A stretch of 28,564 nt of DNA, from positions 1-28,564 of the forward strand of contig CAXXSM010000038.1 in NCBI GenBank assembly GCA_963663405.2. The letters are read 5' to 3'. This DNA comes from a bacterium (lineage in GTDB: Bacteria > Hinthialibacterota > Hinthialibacteria > Hinthialibacterales > Hinthialibacteraceae). The notes under the pieces were generated by a model. That model was not told the DNA's origin. It ran no database searches and saw only the letters and a program-made list of their open reading frames with translations. The position numbers and the translations under genes were made by a program. Below are positions 10,017-18,631 of this stretch, piece by piece (position 1 is the first letter of the stretch; each line of letters begins with the position of its first letter).

Positions 10017-10616
10017 TCCTGTTCTCCTTCAGAACGATTTTCTTTTTTGATTGCCTTCAAACTAACCGCTTCAATAAGCACACTTCGTTTTTCTAGAATT
10101 TGGTCCATCAAGCAGCGTTCTTTTTGATGGAGCCGATCCAATTCCACAATAGATCGCTGTGTTTTTAATGGAGGAATTTCTACTTTTAATTGCTCAAACG
10201 CTGACTTAGGAACCATTGGCATATGCGTACCTCGCCGAGCAAGGCTTGCTAGAAAATTCTGCGCAGGTTTTTGATTAATATACCAAGCAAAATATTCCGG
10301 GATAATCGTATTCTTGTCTACGCGAATGATAAAAAAAATAACTGGCCGCAATGGTTTCATGCAAAGGTGAAGTAATCGCATAAGCGAAATTCCGATGCCC
10401 ACGTGATAAAAATAAAACATCTCCTTGCTGCACGAGATATTTATCTGCTGTCTTATCAATCGTAACACGATCAAGGTTATCAAGATCAAGGCGGTCGTCA
10501 TCATCAAAGTTCTTGATTTGGATTACACTATGCGTTCCGTTCGGATCGGGCTGTATTTTTGAACGGAATTGGTACCCAATCTGTATCATTGCTAGATGCT
10601 TAACCTTTTTTTTCAT
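10013..10616 (-). CDS. Half-size HsdS-like protein (single TRD), frameshifted at the T8 tract 10331-10338
   Basis: Removing one T joins ...LVQQGDVLFLSRG...AASYFF to IIRVD...PEYFAWYINQ...EIPPLKTQRSIV (~200 aa). Its stop overlaps the hsdM start (ATGA). Confidence 0.8.
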
Positions 10617-10643
10617 CAAGAGATCTTTCTCAATAGAAGTAAG

Positions 10644-10676
10644 TAGATGGGGCTACCTCAGAGGCAACCCCACCTA
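10644..10676 (-). terminator. Intergenic stem-loop (possible terminator, attenuator or processing site)
   Basis: TAGGTGGGGTTGCCT-CTG-AGGTAGCCCCATCTA, a 15-bp stem whose three G.U pairs form only on the minus strand. The U-tail is weak. Confidence 0.5.
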
Positions 10677-10686
10677 GATTCATGAA

Positions 10687-10986
10687 TTATGGATTCGTCG
10701 AATAAGTCTTTTTGTAGGCGTAGACATATCGTGTAGAATAATCTCCACCGCCAGTTCCACCGTCGCACCCGAGAGAAAGAAAGTGCTTCTCTATTCGCCG
10801 CGCTTCGGTTTCTGAACCGGCATCTTTGTAAATCCATGCCCCGTTATGCTGATCCACGTTATGTTCGTTGAAAAGACGATCTTTGGGATCAGAAGCAATA
10901 CCTACGTACCAGGCGGAATACCCGCCACCATGTTGTGAAATATAATTATTGATGTCTTGAATTATTGAATTTGCTGGTAAAACCAC
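10687..10986 (-). CDS. Small GIY-YIG-like hypothetical protein
   Basis: WYVGIASDPKDRLFNEH and EARRIEKHF resemble the YIG/Arg/His/Glu elements of GIY-YIG nucleases. AGGAG RBS and GTG start. Confidence 0.6.
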   Translation of the reverse strand: MVLPANSIIQDINNYISQHGGGYSAWYVGIASDPKDRLFNEHNVDQHNGAWIYKDAGSETEARRIEKHFLSLGCDGGTGGGDYSTRYVYAYKKTYSTNP

Positions 10987-11054
10987 GATCTAAACTCCTA
11001 AGGTTTTTTTTTGTTGTTAACTCAAAGATGCATCTCAGCCAGCTCTGAGAACTT

Positions 11055-11255
11055 TTATATCGCTGGTCCCTCACCCTGGAGGAGTTGGGTATTCGACTTT
11101 CTTTTAAAGACTGAGTTGACAGGAGTAGATCGATATAATATGATATTATTAGAACTGTTTTCATCCGGCCAACTCGGCCTGATTGGAAACGTCCGGCCCT
11201 GCGCTGCAACGTAGGGCCTGTTTCTTTTACGGAGCAAAGCGTCCGTGTAAATCAA
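11055..11255 (-). CDS. Possible leader peptide (66 aa)
   Basis: Strong RBS AAGGAGGTG ahead of a TTG start, just downstream of the consensus promoter. No recognisable domain. Confidence 0.3.
   Translation of the reverse strand: MIYTDALLRKRNRPYVAAQGRTFPIRPSWPDENSSNNIILYRSTPVNSVFKRKSNTQLLQGEGPAI
11116..11144 (+). promoter_or_regulatory. Antisense sigma70 promoter
   Basis: TTGACA-N17-TATGAT. Confidence 0.65.
11151..11228 (+). ncRNA. Candidate ~80-nt antisense sRNA ending in an intrinsic terminator
   Basis: Follows the promoter above. Hairpin GGCCCTGCG-CTGCAA-CGTAGGGCC (11195-11218; its G.U pair forms only on +) followed by TGTTTCTTTT. Confidence 0.5.
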
Positions 11256-11313
11256 GTATTTTTCACCTCCTTTTAGAATCTTTTATTGATGTATATCCCA
11301 TACTTCAAAATAT

Positions 11314-11342
11314 ATTATACATCAAAATCCAATCTCTGTCAA
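11314..11342 (-). promoter_or_regulatory. Perfect-consensus sigma70 promoter of the R-M operon
   Basis: TTGACA-N17-TATAAT on the minus strand, flanked by the 9-bp inverted repeat ATACTTCAA (11300-11308) / TTGAAGTAT (11361-11369). Confidence 0.8.
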
Positions 11343-11436
11343 GAAATATTTTATAAAAAATTGAAGTATTACAAATACCTCTTTTTAATTTTTTTTTTGG
11401 ATTTATGTTCAATTATTCATCCATAAATCAAGTAAA

Positions 11437-13714
11437 CTAAAGTAGTTTTGCTCCTATTTCTTCAGCGGCACTCTCTGTTTCAGAAACAACCTCACGTAGA
11501 AACTGGTTGCGATCAGGTGATGGTTGTTACATCTGGAATAGGCGCGGCAGGTTCATAAATATCATCGCCAATGATCCTTGCTCGAACAAAAGTTGAGCCT
11601 GTTCCACGCTTGTCATAAGCATCCTGCCACTCATGAGATCTTTCCCGCCATACACGCCGCGTAGAAAGATCTAAAAGACGCTTTCCAATATTATCCGCAA
11701 GCGCATCATATTTACTAATCTTCTCCTCTTCTGTTGCGTCAGGGCCTTCCCACCGGAGCGGATTTTTGGATAAAAACGTATATCCGTTCAATGAGTTCTT
11801 TACGTAAATCTGCAACAGGTTTTAATGTGTCGTATTCATCCGCCATACCAGTGGCAAGCCTTCGAGTTATAGTTGCCTTTACTCGAGTCCAGTGTTCTTT
11901 CGTGAAACCAGGTTTGAAATCGAGGCCAAGCCTTGGCCGCCATGCTTCGTGGTAGGCTTCTGCTGCGCTCTGAATAGCAAATCCCAAATTCATTCGGTCA
12001 TAAACAGGCCGCGCTTTGGCAGGCTCCGGTCTTTCAATAACAAGGTCAATCGCTTCAAGTAATTTTATAAGTTGCTTGATTGTGCGTTTTCCTACAGAAT
12101 TTTTCTTCAGATAATTTTTTTTGAATGTTTTCGAGGAAAAAGCGTGCATTTTCAAGGCGATCACGGAGAGCACGTTCTGCATATGGACCAAGGTCTTCAC
12201 CAAAAGATGCGAGAACATTTTCAGCTGAAGCCAATACGTGATGGACTTTTGATTTAAGATCCGGTAAATTATCGCCCTCTATCTCATCGAAATGGGTAAA
12301 CGCTAGAATCAATTTACGAGCATTTCCGGTCGATACTATTTCTCGCATTGCAGCAAGAGAAGCCGCTTGCATGGGTTGCGCAGCATTATCAACAAGAATT
12401 ACAGCATCAACTTTTTCTATTTTCCGACTTACTGTTGTGGAAACGGACGAAGATGACTTTGGAGTATGTCCTAAACCTTCACTATCTAAGAGAACCAATT
12501 TAGGAACATGATTCCCATCCCAACTAGGAGAAAATGGCCCTGCAACACGCACTCCGTTAACAAGAGGTGTAAGCAAACTACCAAATAAAGGAGCATAATT
12601 ACTCGAAAATCGCGAAATCGCTGTAAGGAATTCTTCGCGTTGCTCGATCGGCCACTCTCCGTTCCATGTTAATGGCCATCCCTGCTTTGTTTTCTTTAGA
12701 TTTCCCTGGGGCAACAAATCGAAACGTTTTTCGATTTCATCCATTAGAGCGTCGGCGATTTGATGAAATTCCTCATCGTCACGTAACATGTTGTCGAGTT
12801 CTTCTTCGAATAATTCTTCAAGAACACGTTCGTCATCTTCTTTGCTAGCATCCAATTCTTCATATAGGCGGTCACTTAATCGAATAGCAATATCCCGTAA
12901 TCGATCAACAGTATCGACGAGTAATTCATTTGTAGTGGCTATATCAATTTCTCCGAAATCATCAATCAAGTCATTATTTAAGTTCTCTTCTTCATCTTCT
13001 TCATCAAAGTCGCTTTTACCCATCTGAGGACCATTTCCAAGTATGTAATTAAATCGAAAACGTTGATTGACGTGACTAAGGAGCCGCCTTAAAACCTTTT
13101 CATCATCATTCTTTTCATTAGATGCCACTAGAACCGCAGCCGAAATACATTCATTTAGATATTCCCTTACTTCATCGCAAGAAACAAAAGTAACGACTGC
13201 CCGCCATGGCCCTTCGTCGATTACTATTTCGGTATCATGAATTGTCGTTTTAGCAGTAGATGTTGACGGGAAGCGTTCTTTTTCAGGATCAGTACCAATA
13301 ATTTGTCGAACTAGTGTTGTTTTCCCCGCTCCAGTAGTTCCGAGGAAAAGAACTTTCCTATAACCATCAGCTTCTGAGGGAGGGAGTGGAATCACTTCTT
13401 CTCGAAGATCATTGAAATCTACTGATTCTGGAATCATTTTGTGGTAAAAAAATATCAACGATTCGGGGATCAAATCGCCGCTCTGCTTCAGCCCTTGCAG
13501 ATGTATCATGGTATTTTTGATCGGCAAGAATCTCATTGAGTTGATTACATAACTGAGTAGCTTCTGATTCGTCACGAGTTCCCAATCCTCTCCGTACTCT
13601 TACTCCAACCTTGCCTGTTGCCTCATCACGTATAACTGGATGTCTAAAAATAATGGCATATCCTGATCGCCCCTGGGATTGACTTAAGCTTGCTTTATAC
13701 GTGCGCTTCATCAT
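11437..13714 (-). CDS. Large (~755 aa) dynamin-like/TRAFAC P-loop GTPase with a putative N-terminal DNA-binding domain; four apparent single-base insertions
   Basis: G1 GTTGAGKTT, G2 FPSTSTAKTT, G3 LLDSEGLG, G4 FTHFD. ORFs 13409..13714, 12055..13575, 11739..12218, 11513..11815 and a tail ending SPDRNQFLREVV...GAKLL* join if one base is removed near 13450, 12102, 11765 and 11524. Confidence 0.75.
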
Positions 13715-13720
13715 ATATCA

Positions 13721-13810
13721 CCTCGTTGTTCCATTGTTGTACCATTGGATATAATATCAAGCTTCTTCCATGTGTCAATACTCTTTTGGAACAACTTAGG
13801 TACAACGAGG
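13721..13810. promoter_or_regulatory. Four GGWACAAC boxes arranged as an inverted pair of direct repeats around a promoter
   Basis: 13721-13744 and 13787-13810 form a 19/24 inverted repeat. They enclose a minus-strand TTGACA-N16-TATTAT promoter (13778-13751) with a TGn extension. Confidence 0.6.
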
Positions 13811-13919
13811 AAAAATATGCAAGTTTTTCCTTTAAGTTTTCTGATATAGTGGAATACAATCGAGTGTATTTTTAAAAGGGATAGTATGATAACAAGTTTT
13901 TAATCGAAGGGGAATATGC

Positions 13920-13943
13920 TTTGAGTTAAATTTTGAGTTAAAT
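13920..13943. repeat. 12-bp tandem duplication
   Basis: TTTGAGTTAAAT x2. Confidence 0.7.
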
Positions 13944-14083
13944 ATTGGAACAGAATTTTTTTCTCAAGATTTTTGTTAAAAATTCAGACCTCCAGAGCTG
14001 GGCCAGGGGATTCCGTAGAGTCGATGATTTTGGCAAGATACCTTTTTGGGGATAAAAAATGATCGATCCAAAAAGGAGCCCAG

Positions 14084-14584
14084 TTGATGCCGCAAGAATT
14101 CTTACCCCACTTTGCCGATATCGAGGAAGGCTACATAACCGATTTACTCTCGTACCGGAAGCAGGATGGTTCGGTCTATTATTTTCATGGCGCCTTTCCT
14201 ATTTTCACGCATCCAGAAACCGATCAAAAGAGTTTCCGCTTGATTACCAGTCAGTTTGTCGTGAACGGGCAATGCACACAGATGGAGATCGTTCGAGCGT
14301 TTGGCGTGAGCGCGATCAGCGTGAAGCGGTGGGTCAAGAAATATCGGGAAGGCGGAACGGGGGCGTTTTTTGAAACGCCTCGAACGCGAGGCGCGCATGT
14401 CTTGACGAAAGACGTCCTCCAACAAGCGCAAGAGTTTTTGAACGAGGGGCTTTCTCGAGCGGAAATCGCCGACCGGCTGGGCCTTAAGCGGAATACGTTG
14501 AATAAAGCGATCCAAGCCGGACGCCTGGTGGAGCCGCTAAAAAAAACGATACCGAAGGCCGCCCGAAAAGCGAGCGAAGCGTAG
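14084..14584 (+). CDS. IS OrfA, helix-turn-helix protein
   Basis: EIVRAFGVSAISVKRWVKKYREGG and LSRAEIADRLGLKRNTLNK HTH motifs. The A8 run at 14539-14546 allows a -1 shift into the transposase frame. Confidence 0.8.
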   Translation: MMPQEFLPHFADIEEGYITDLLSYRKQDGSVYYFHGAFPIFTHPETDQKSFRLITSQFVVNGQCTQMEIVRAFGVSAISVKRWVKKYREGGTGAFFETPRTRGAHVLTKDVLQQAQEFLNEGLSRAEIADRLGLKRNTLNKAIQAGRLVEPLKKTIPKAARKASEA

Positions 14585-14601
14585 AAGACAGCCAAGCGGC
14601 G

Positions 14602-16318
14602 ATGGGGATGGGCTGCACGCGGGTGGTGGAGCGGGTCTGCGCGGCGACCGGGCAGTTGGAAGAAGCCCCGACTCGTTTCGAGATGGAATTGGATGTGGCG
14701 CAAGGCGGCGTGTTATGGGCAATGCCCGCGTTACTCGCCAACGGGCTGCTGAAGAATGTCTCGAAGAACTTTTCTCTGCCCAAAGGATTTTACAGTTGCG
14801 TCCACATTTTTATTGTGTTGGCCTTCATGGCGTTGACGCGGATCAAAACGCCGGAACAGTTGCGCTATCATCCCGCGGGGGAAGGGGGCAAGTTACTGGG
14901 CTTAGATCGAATTCCCGAAGTGCGGACGTTGCGGGAAAAAATCAAAATTCTCGCTCAACCGGACCGGATCAAAGAATGGGGGGACGAATTATCCCGGGAG
15001 TGGATGAAGGCGGATCTGGACGCGGCGGGCGTTTTATATGTCGATGGTCATGTCCGCGTCTATCACGGTTCGCAAACAAAACTGCCCCGCCGTTACGTCG
15101 CGCGTCAGCGATTATGTTTGCGTGGACTTACCGACTATTGGGTGAACGACCAGGAAGGCCGCCCCTTTTTTGTGGTGAGCACTCCATTCACCACCGGCTT
15201 GTTGGATATGCTCAAACGGGACATTGTTCCCCAGTTGCTCCAAGACGTTCCCCGTCAACCCACAGCCGAAAACCTCGAATCCAATCCTTATTTCCACCGG
15301 TTCATCCTGGTGTTCGACCGGGAAGGCTATAGCCCGGAGTTCTTCGCCCAGATGTGGGATTCGCGGATCGCCTGTCAAACGTACCGCAAGTTTCAGGGGG
15401 AGGATTGGCCAGTCACAGAATTCGAAACGGTGAATGTGCGTCTGCCCGGCGGACAGGATTCGTCGATGCGTTTGGCCGAGAGAGGCGTCTTTCTGGGAGG
15501 GAAAATCTGGGTGCGGGAGATTCGCAAGTTGGGAGAGACGGGGCATCAAACCGCTGTGATCAGTACGGATTATACATCAGACGCAAGTCAAATAGCGGCC
15601 CATATGTTCGCGCGTTGGTGTCAGGAAAACTTCTTCCGCTACATGATGGAACATTATCATTTAGATGGACTTATCGGGTATGAAACAGTCTTGCCGGATG
15701 AGACGATGAAGGTGGTGAATCCGGCCTACCGGAAATTGGAAAGTCAGATCAAAAGCCTGGCGGGGAAGAAGGCCCGAAAGCAAGCGGAGTTCGGCGCTCT
15801 TGTCCTGCAGGAACCCTCCAATTCGAAAGAGATCGAACGCTATGAAATACAGAAAGGCGCGCTCTTTGAAGAGATCGATCAGATAGAAAATCAACTTGAG
15901 GAGTACAAGCGGCTCCGGAAGCAAACGAAAAAACATATAGCGTTTGGGGATTTGCCAGAGGAAGCAAAATTTCAACAATTGGCGCCGGCGAAGAAAACAA
16001 TTCATGGATACGATTCGAATGATTGCGTATCGGGCGGAAACGGCGATGGTATCTGTGTTGAGGGAAGTGTTAAGCCGGGGGGATGATGCGCGTTCATTGG
16101 CGCGGGAAATCATGACCACTGAAGCGGACCTGATTCCCGATGAAGAAAAAGAGACTCTCACGATTCGGCTCCATCACTTGACCAACCGCATTTCCGATCA
16201 AGCTGCCCGTCATTTGGCCGCTCAATTGAATGAAACCGAAACCACTTATCCTGGCACGAATCTACGTCTCGTTTACCAATTGGTGTCAGATCAATATCCC
16301 CCAGATCAGGAGGCCTGA
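14602..16318 (+). CDS. IS transposase (DDE), with an extra-base frameshift near 15995
   Basis: LYVDGHVRVY, VFDREGY, RWCQENFFRY catalytic-type motifs. Continues in 15944..16318 (FMDTIRMIAYRAET). Confidence 0.8.
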
Positions 16319-16398
16319 TGGTAGTAATGAGGAATTCGGATGCGCTGTTTTAGGATTGAAATCAGATTGTTATGTCTGATGCTGTTTGAGAGTCATCA

Positions 16399-17011
16399 CC
16401 TCCGGCAGAGCCGGAGGCTTGATTTTGTGAACCGCTCAAAGCGGTTTGAATTACGAGCCACCTAAAGGTGGCTATGCATTATCGAACAAACTCAATTGTT
16501 CTAGTCGTTTATCCTCTTGCTCTTGATTTCTGATATATTCTCTGATTATGGCTTCATCTTTTCCCACTGTTGATACCAAATATCCGCGGGCCCAAAAGTG
16601 CTGCCCCACGAAATTCCTTCTCTTTCCTAGATAATTTCTCGCTATATGAATCGCACTTTTCCCTTTTATAAAACCTATCACTTGCGCAACTGAATCTTTT
16701 GGCGGTATCGAGATCAACATATGAACATGATCCACTATCAGATGCCCTTCTTCTATTTCACATTCTTTCTGACTCGCCAAATCTCGAAAGACTTCTCCTA
16801 GGTATTTCCTCAATTCTTTGTATAAGGCTTTTCTTCTATATTTCGGAATGAATACCACATGATATTTGCAATCCCATCTTGTATGCGTTAAACTCTTATA
16901 CGTCATTTCTTCTCCTTCCTGTGTAACTTTGAGCGGTTCACATGAAGGAGATTTTTTTTTTTCGATTCCTGGAATTGTCAAACACTGGGAGTCCCCCGGC
17001 AGAGCCGGGGG
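16399..17011 (-). mobile_element. IS200/IS605-family element (tnpA only)
   Basis: Subterminal hairpins CCTCCGGC-AGA-GCCGGAGG (16399-16417) and CCCCCGGC-AGA-GCCGGGGG (16993-17011). Inner 16-bp inverted repeat at 16426-16441 / 16927-16942. Confidence 0.9.
16472..16906 (-). CDS. tnpA: IS200/IS605 Y1 transposase
   Basis: CKYHVVFIPKYRRK, DHVHMLISIPP (HUH), IKGKSA, FWARGY, IREYIRNQ. GGAG RBS before the ATG at 16906. Confidence 0.95.
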   Translation of the reverse strand: MTYKSLTHTRWDCKYHVVFIPKYRRKALYKELRKYLGEVFRDLASQKECEIEEGHLIVDHVHMLISIPPKDSVAQVIGFIKGKSAIHIARNYLGKRRNFVGQHFWARGYLVSTVGKDEAIIREYIRNQEQEDKRLEQLSLFDNA

Positions 17012-17107
17012 TTTACCTTTTTTTAATTATATCGAAAGGATAAGGTTTTCATACCCAATTTCTTGTCCACCCTTTCGAGGATTTCTAAGGACGCGAAAGG
17101 GTGTCTT

Positions 17108-17144
17108 AGGGATTCAGACCACGGATTCCTCGGCTTCGAAAGGA
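17108..17144 (-). other. Degenerate tRNA 3'-half-like att remnant (Arg-TCG-like)
   Basis: Minus strand TCCTTTCGAAGCCGAGGAATCCGTGGTCTGAATCCCT resembles an anticodon loop plus a decayed T-arm, ~105 bp downstream of an integrase stump. Confidence 0.35.
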
Positions 17145-17248
17145 CTTAAAATTAAACAATTTAGATCGATATTCCGTCTATTTCCCTCAGTACAACCCCT
17201 TATTCCCAAGTATAAGTTCCTACTTTCCGATATTTCATATTGTCGTTT

Positions 17249-17389
17249 TCAAATCAAATTAATCTCTTCATCCTGTGCTTGAAGATGAGCATAGATCATC
17301 GTTATTTTCGGATCACTATGTCCTAGCCATTGTTGAATCTTGTATAAACTCACACCGGCTTTGGCTAATTAGGAGGCAAAAGTGTGTCT
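17249..17389 (-). pseudogene. Tyrosine recombinase C-terminal remnant A
   Basis: RHTFAS*LAKAGVSLYKIQQWLGHSDPKITMIYAHL... with an internal stop. Confidence 0.85.
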
Positions 17390-17418
17390 CCTATGCCGCT
17401 CCGGCATAGAAGACACAC
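17382..17418. repeat. 37-bp near-perfect palindrome joining the two integrase remnants
   Basis: GTGTGTCT-C-CTATGCCG-CTC-CGGCATAG-A-AGACACAC. Confidence 0.85.
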
Positions 17419-17560
17419 CTACGCTTCCCATTTGGTCTTGAAGGGAGTTCCACTCTACACAGTCAGCGCGTTACTCGGCCATAAATCCACCGAAATGACA
17501 AAACGCTACGCGCATCTCGCCCCGCAACATCTTCATGACGCCATTTCGGTTTTGCCGTAA
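17411..17560 (+). pseudogene. Tyrosine recombinase C-terminal remnant B
   Basis: RHTYASHLVLKGVPLYTVSALLGHKSTEMTKRYAHLAPQHLHDAISVLP*. Confidence 0.85.
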
Positions 17561-18306
17561 TCTGAGCGTATAAGAATCCAGTTCCATGGAATTTTGGTAA
17601 TCACTTTAGCCCGTTGACGCCCGGATCACAAGCATACAATGAGTGACAGTAAATCAAGTCAAACAAGGATTATATATTCATTCTTGAACATCCCCCCTCC
17701 CTTTTCGTGTAACGTTACATTGCACGAAAATCCTGCGTAAAGACCGCAAAAAAACGTAAGATCCGAGCCACTCGAATGTAACATCCTAAACATTCCTAAT
17801 TAAAAAAAAACAAAAAAAATTACTTTACCCCCTTTTATCAATTAGAAATTATGATATAGTAGAAAAACTCTTGATATTAATTAACGATTGGTATGGTGGG
17901 TAGAAAATAGAATGAATCAATCGTCCATGATTTAGGTGCAATAAATCGTTACACAGGTTTCACCTCTGCGCCTCATCTCCGAAGAACACTAAAACCTGAA
18001 ATTATTTGACCAAATTAGACTGTAAGCGCGACATAATAAATAAAGAAGATTTTTTATAATTTTTATATTTTCTTTATATTAAGGTTTAACTGATAAATGT
18101 CGTTCGTTTTGGTTTCTATCCACTATAGAATGAATTTTTAACGTATTGTTTAGTTGGATAAAAATAGTATTTCAGCGTCATTACTATAATAGTTTATTTT
18201 AAAATTCTATATACTTTATTATTTTTGTAAACTTTAAGATTTTTATTTTCTATATTTAGATTTTGTTAGATTGATAAAATTTTCTGATTTTTTTTGTAAA
18301 TTGGTA

Positions 18307-18336
18307 TTGACAAATCTGAAAGAATAGTGTTAGAGT
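18307..18336 (+). promoter_or_regulatory. Probable sigma70 promoter of the appendage locus
   Basis: TTGACA-N18-TAGAGT with a TGn extension, downstream of a very AT-rich tract. Confidence 0.4.
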
Positions 18337-18631
18337 GTATACATCGAATTTAATTTATTGAATTGAAGCTTTAATATTATAGTTGGTGTAATTTTTTATT
18401 GCAGTGTTGGGCGAAATGAAAGCGTCTGTGGATTATGAACTTAGGAATTCGTACTCGATATTCCTCCCTTTTCCTCTAATCCCGGCTGGCTCTTCTTAGT
18501 GAAAAAAATTTTGTTTTTTGGTCTATAGCCGTTTACAGGAGACGATTTTCCTGTTAACAAATTAGCGAACTAGAAGCGCAGCTGATGCTGAAACGATATA
18601 ATACGCGGTTCTCATTCGAAAAGGGGATGTG

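Larger units (their letters stand above)
13984..16318 (+). mobile_element. Insertion sequence (unclassified DDE type, ~2.3 kb)
   Basis: Terminal inverted repeats TCAGACCTCCAGAGCTGGG / TCAGGCCTCCTGATCTGGG (16/19 match). The transposase stop lies inside the right IR. GC-rich. No target-site duplication seen. Confidence 0.8.

Noticed and set aside
16399-17011. TnpB/omegaRNA system associated with the IS200/IS605 element
   Set aside because: Only tnpA lies between the two end hairpins; there is no room for tnpB.
17108-17144. Functional tRNA gene
   Set aside because: No 5' half or acceptor stem, and the T-loop is degenerate.
17614-17640. Promoter TTGACG...TACAAT
   Set aside because: The spacer is only 15 bp and no gene follows closely.
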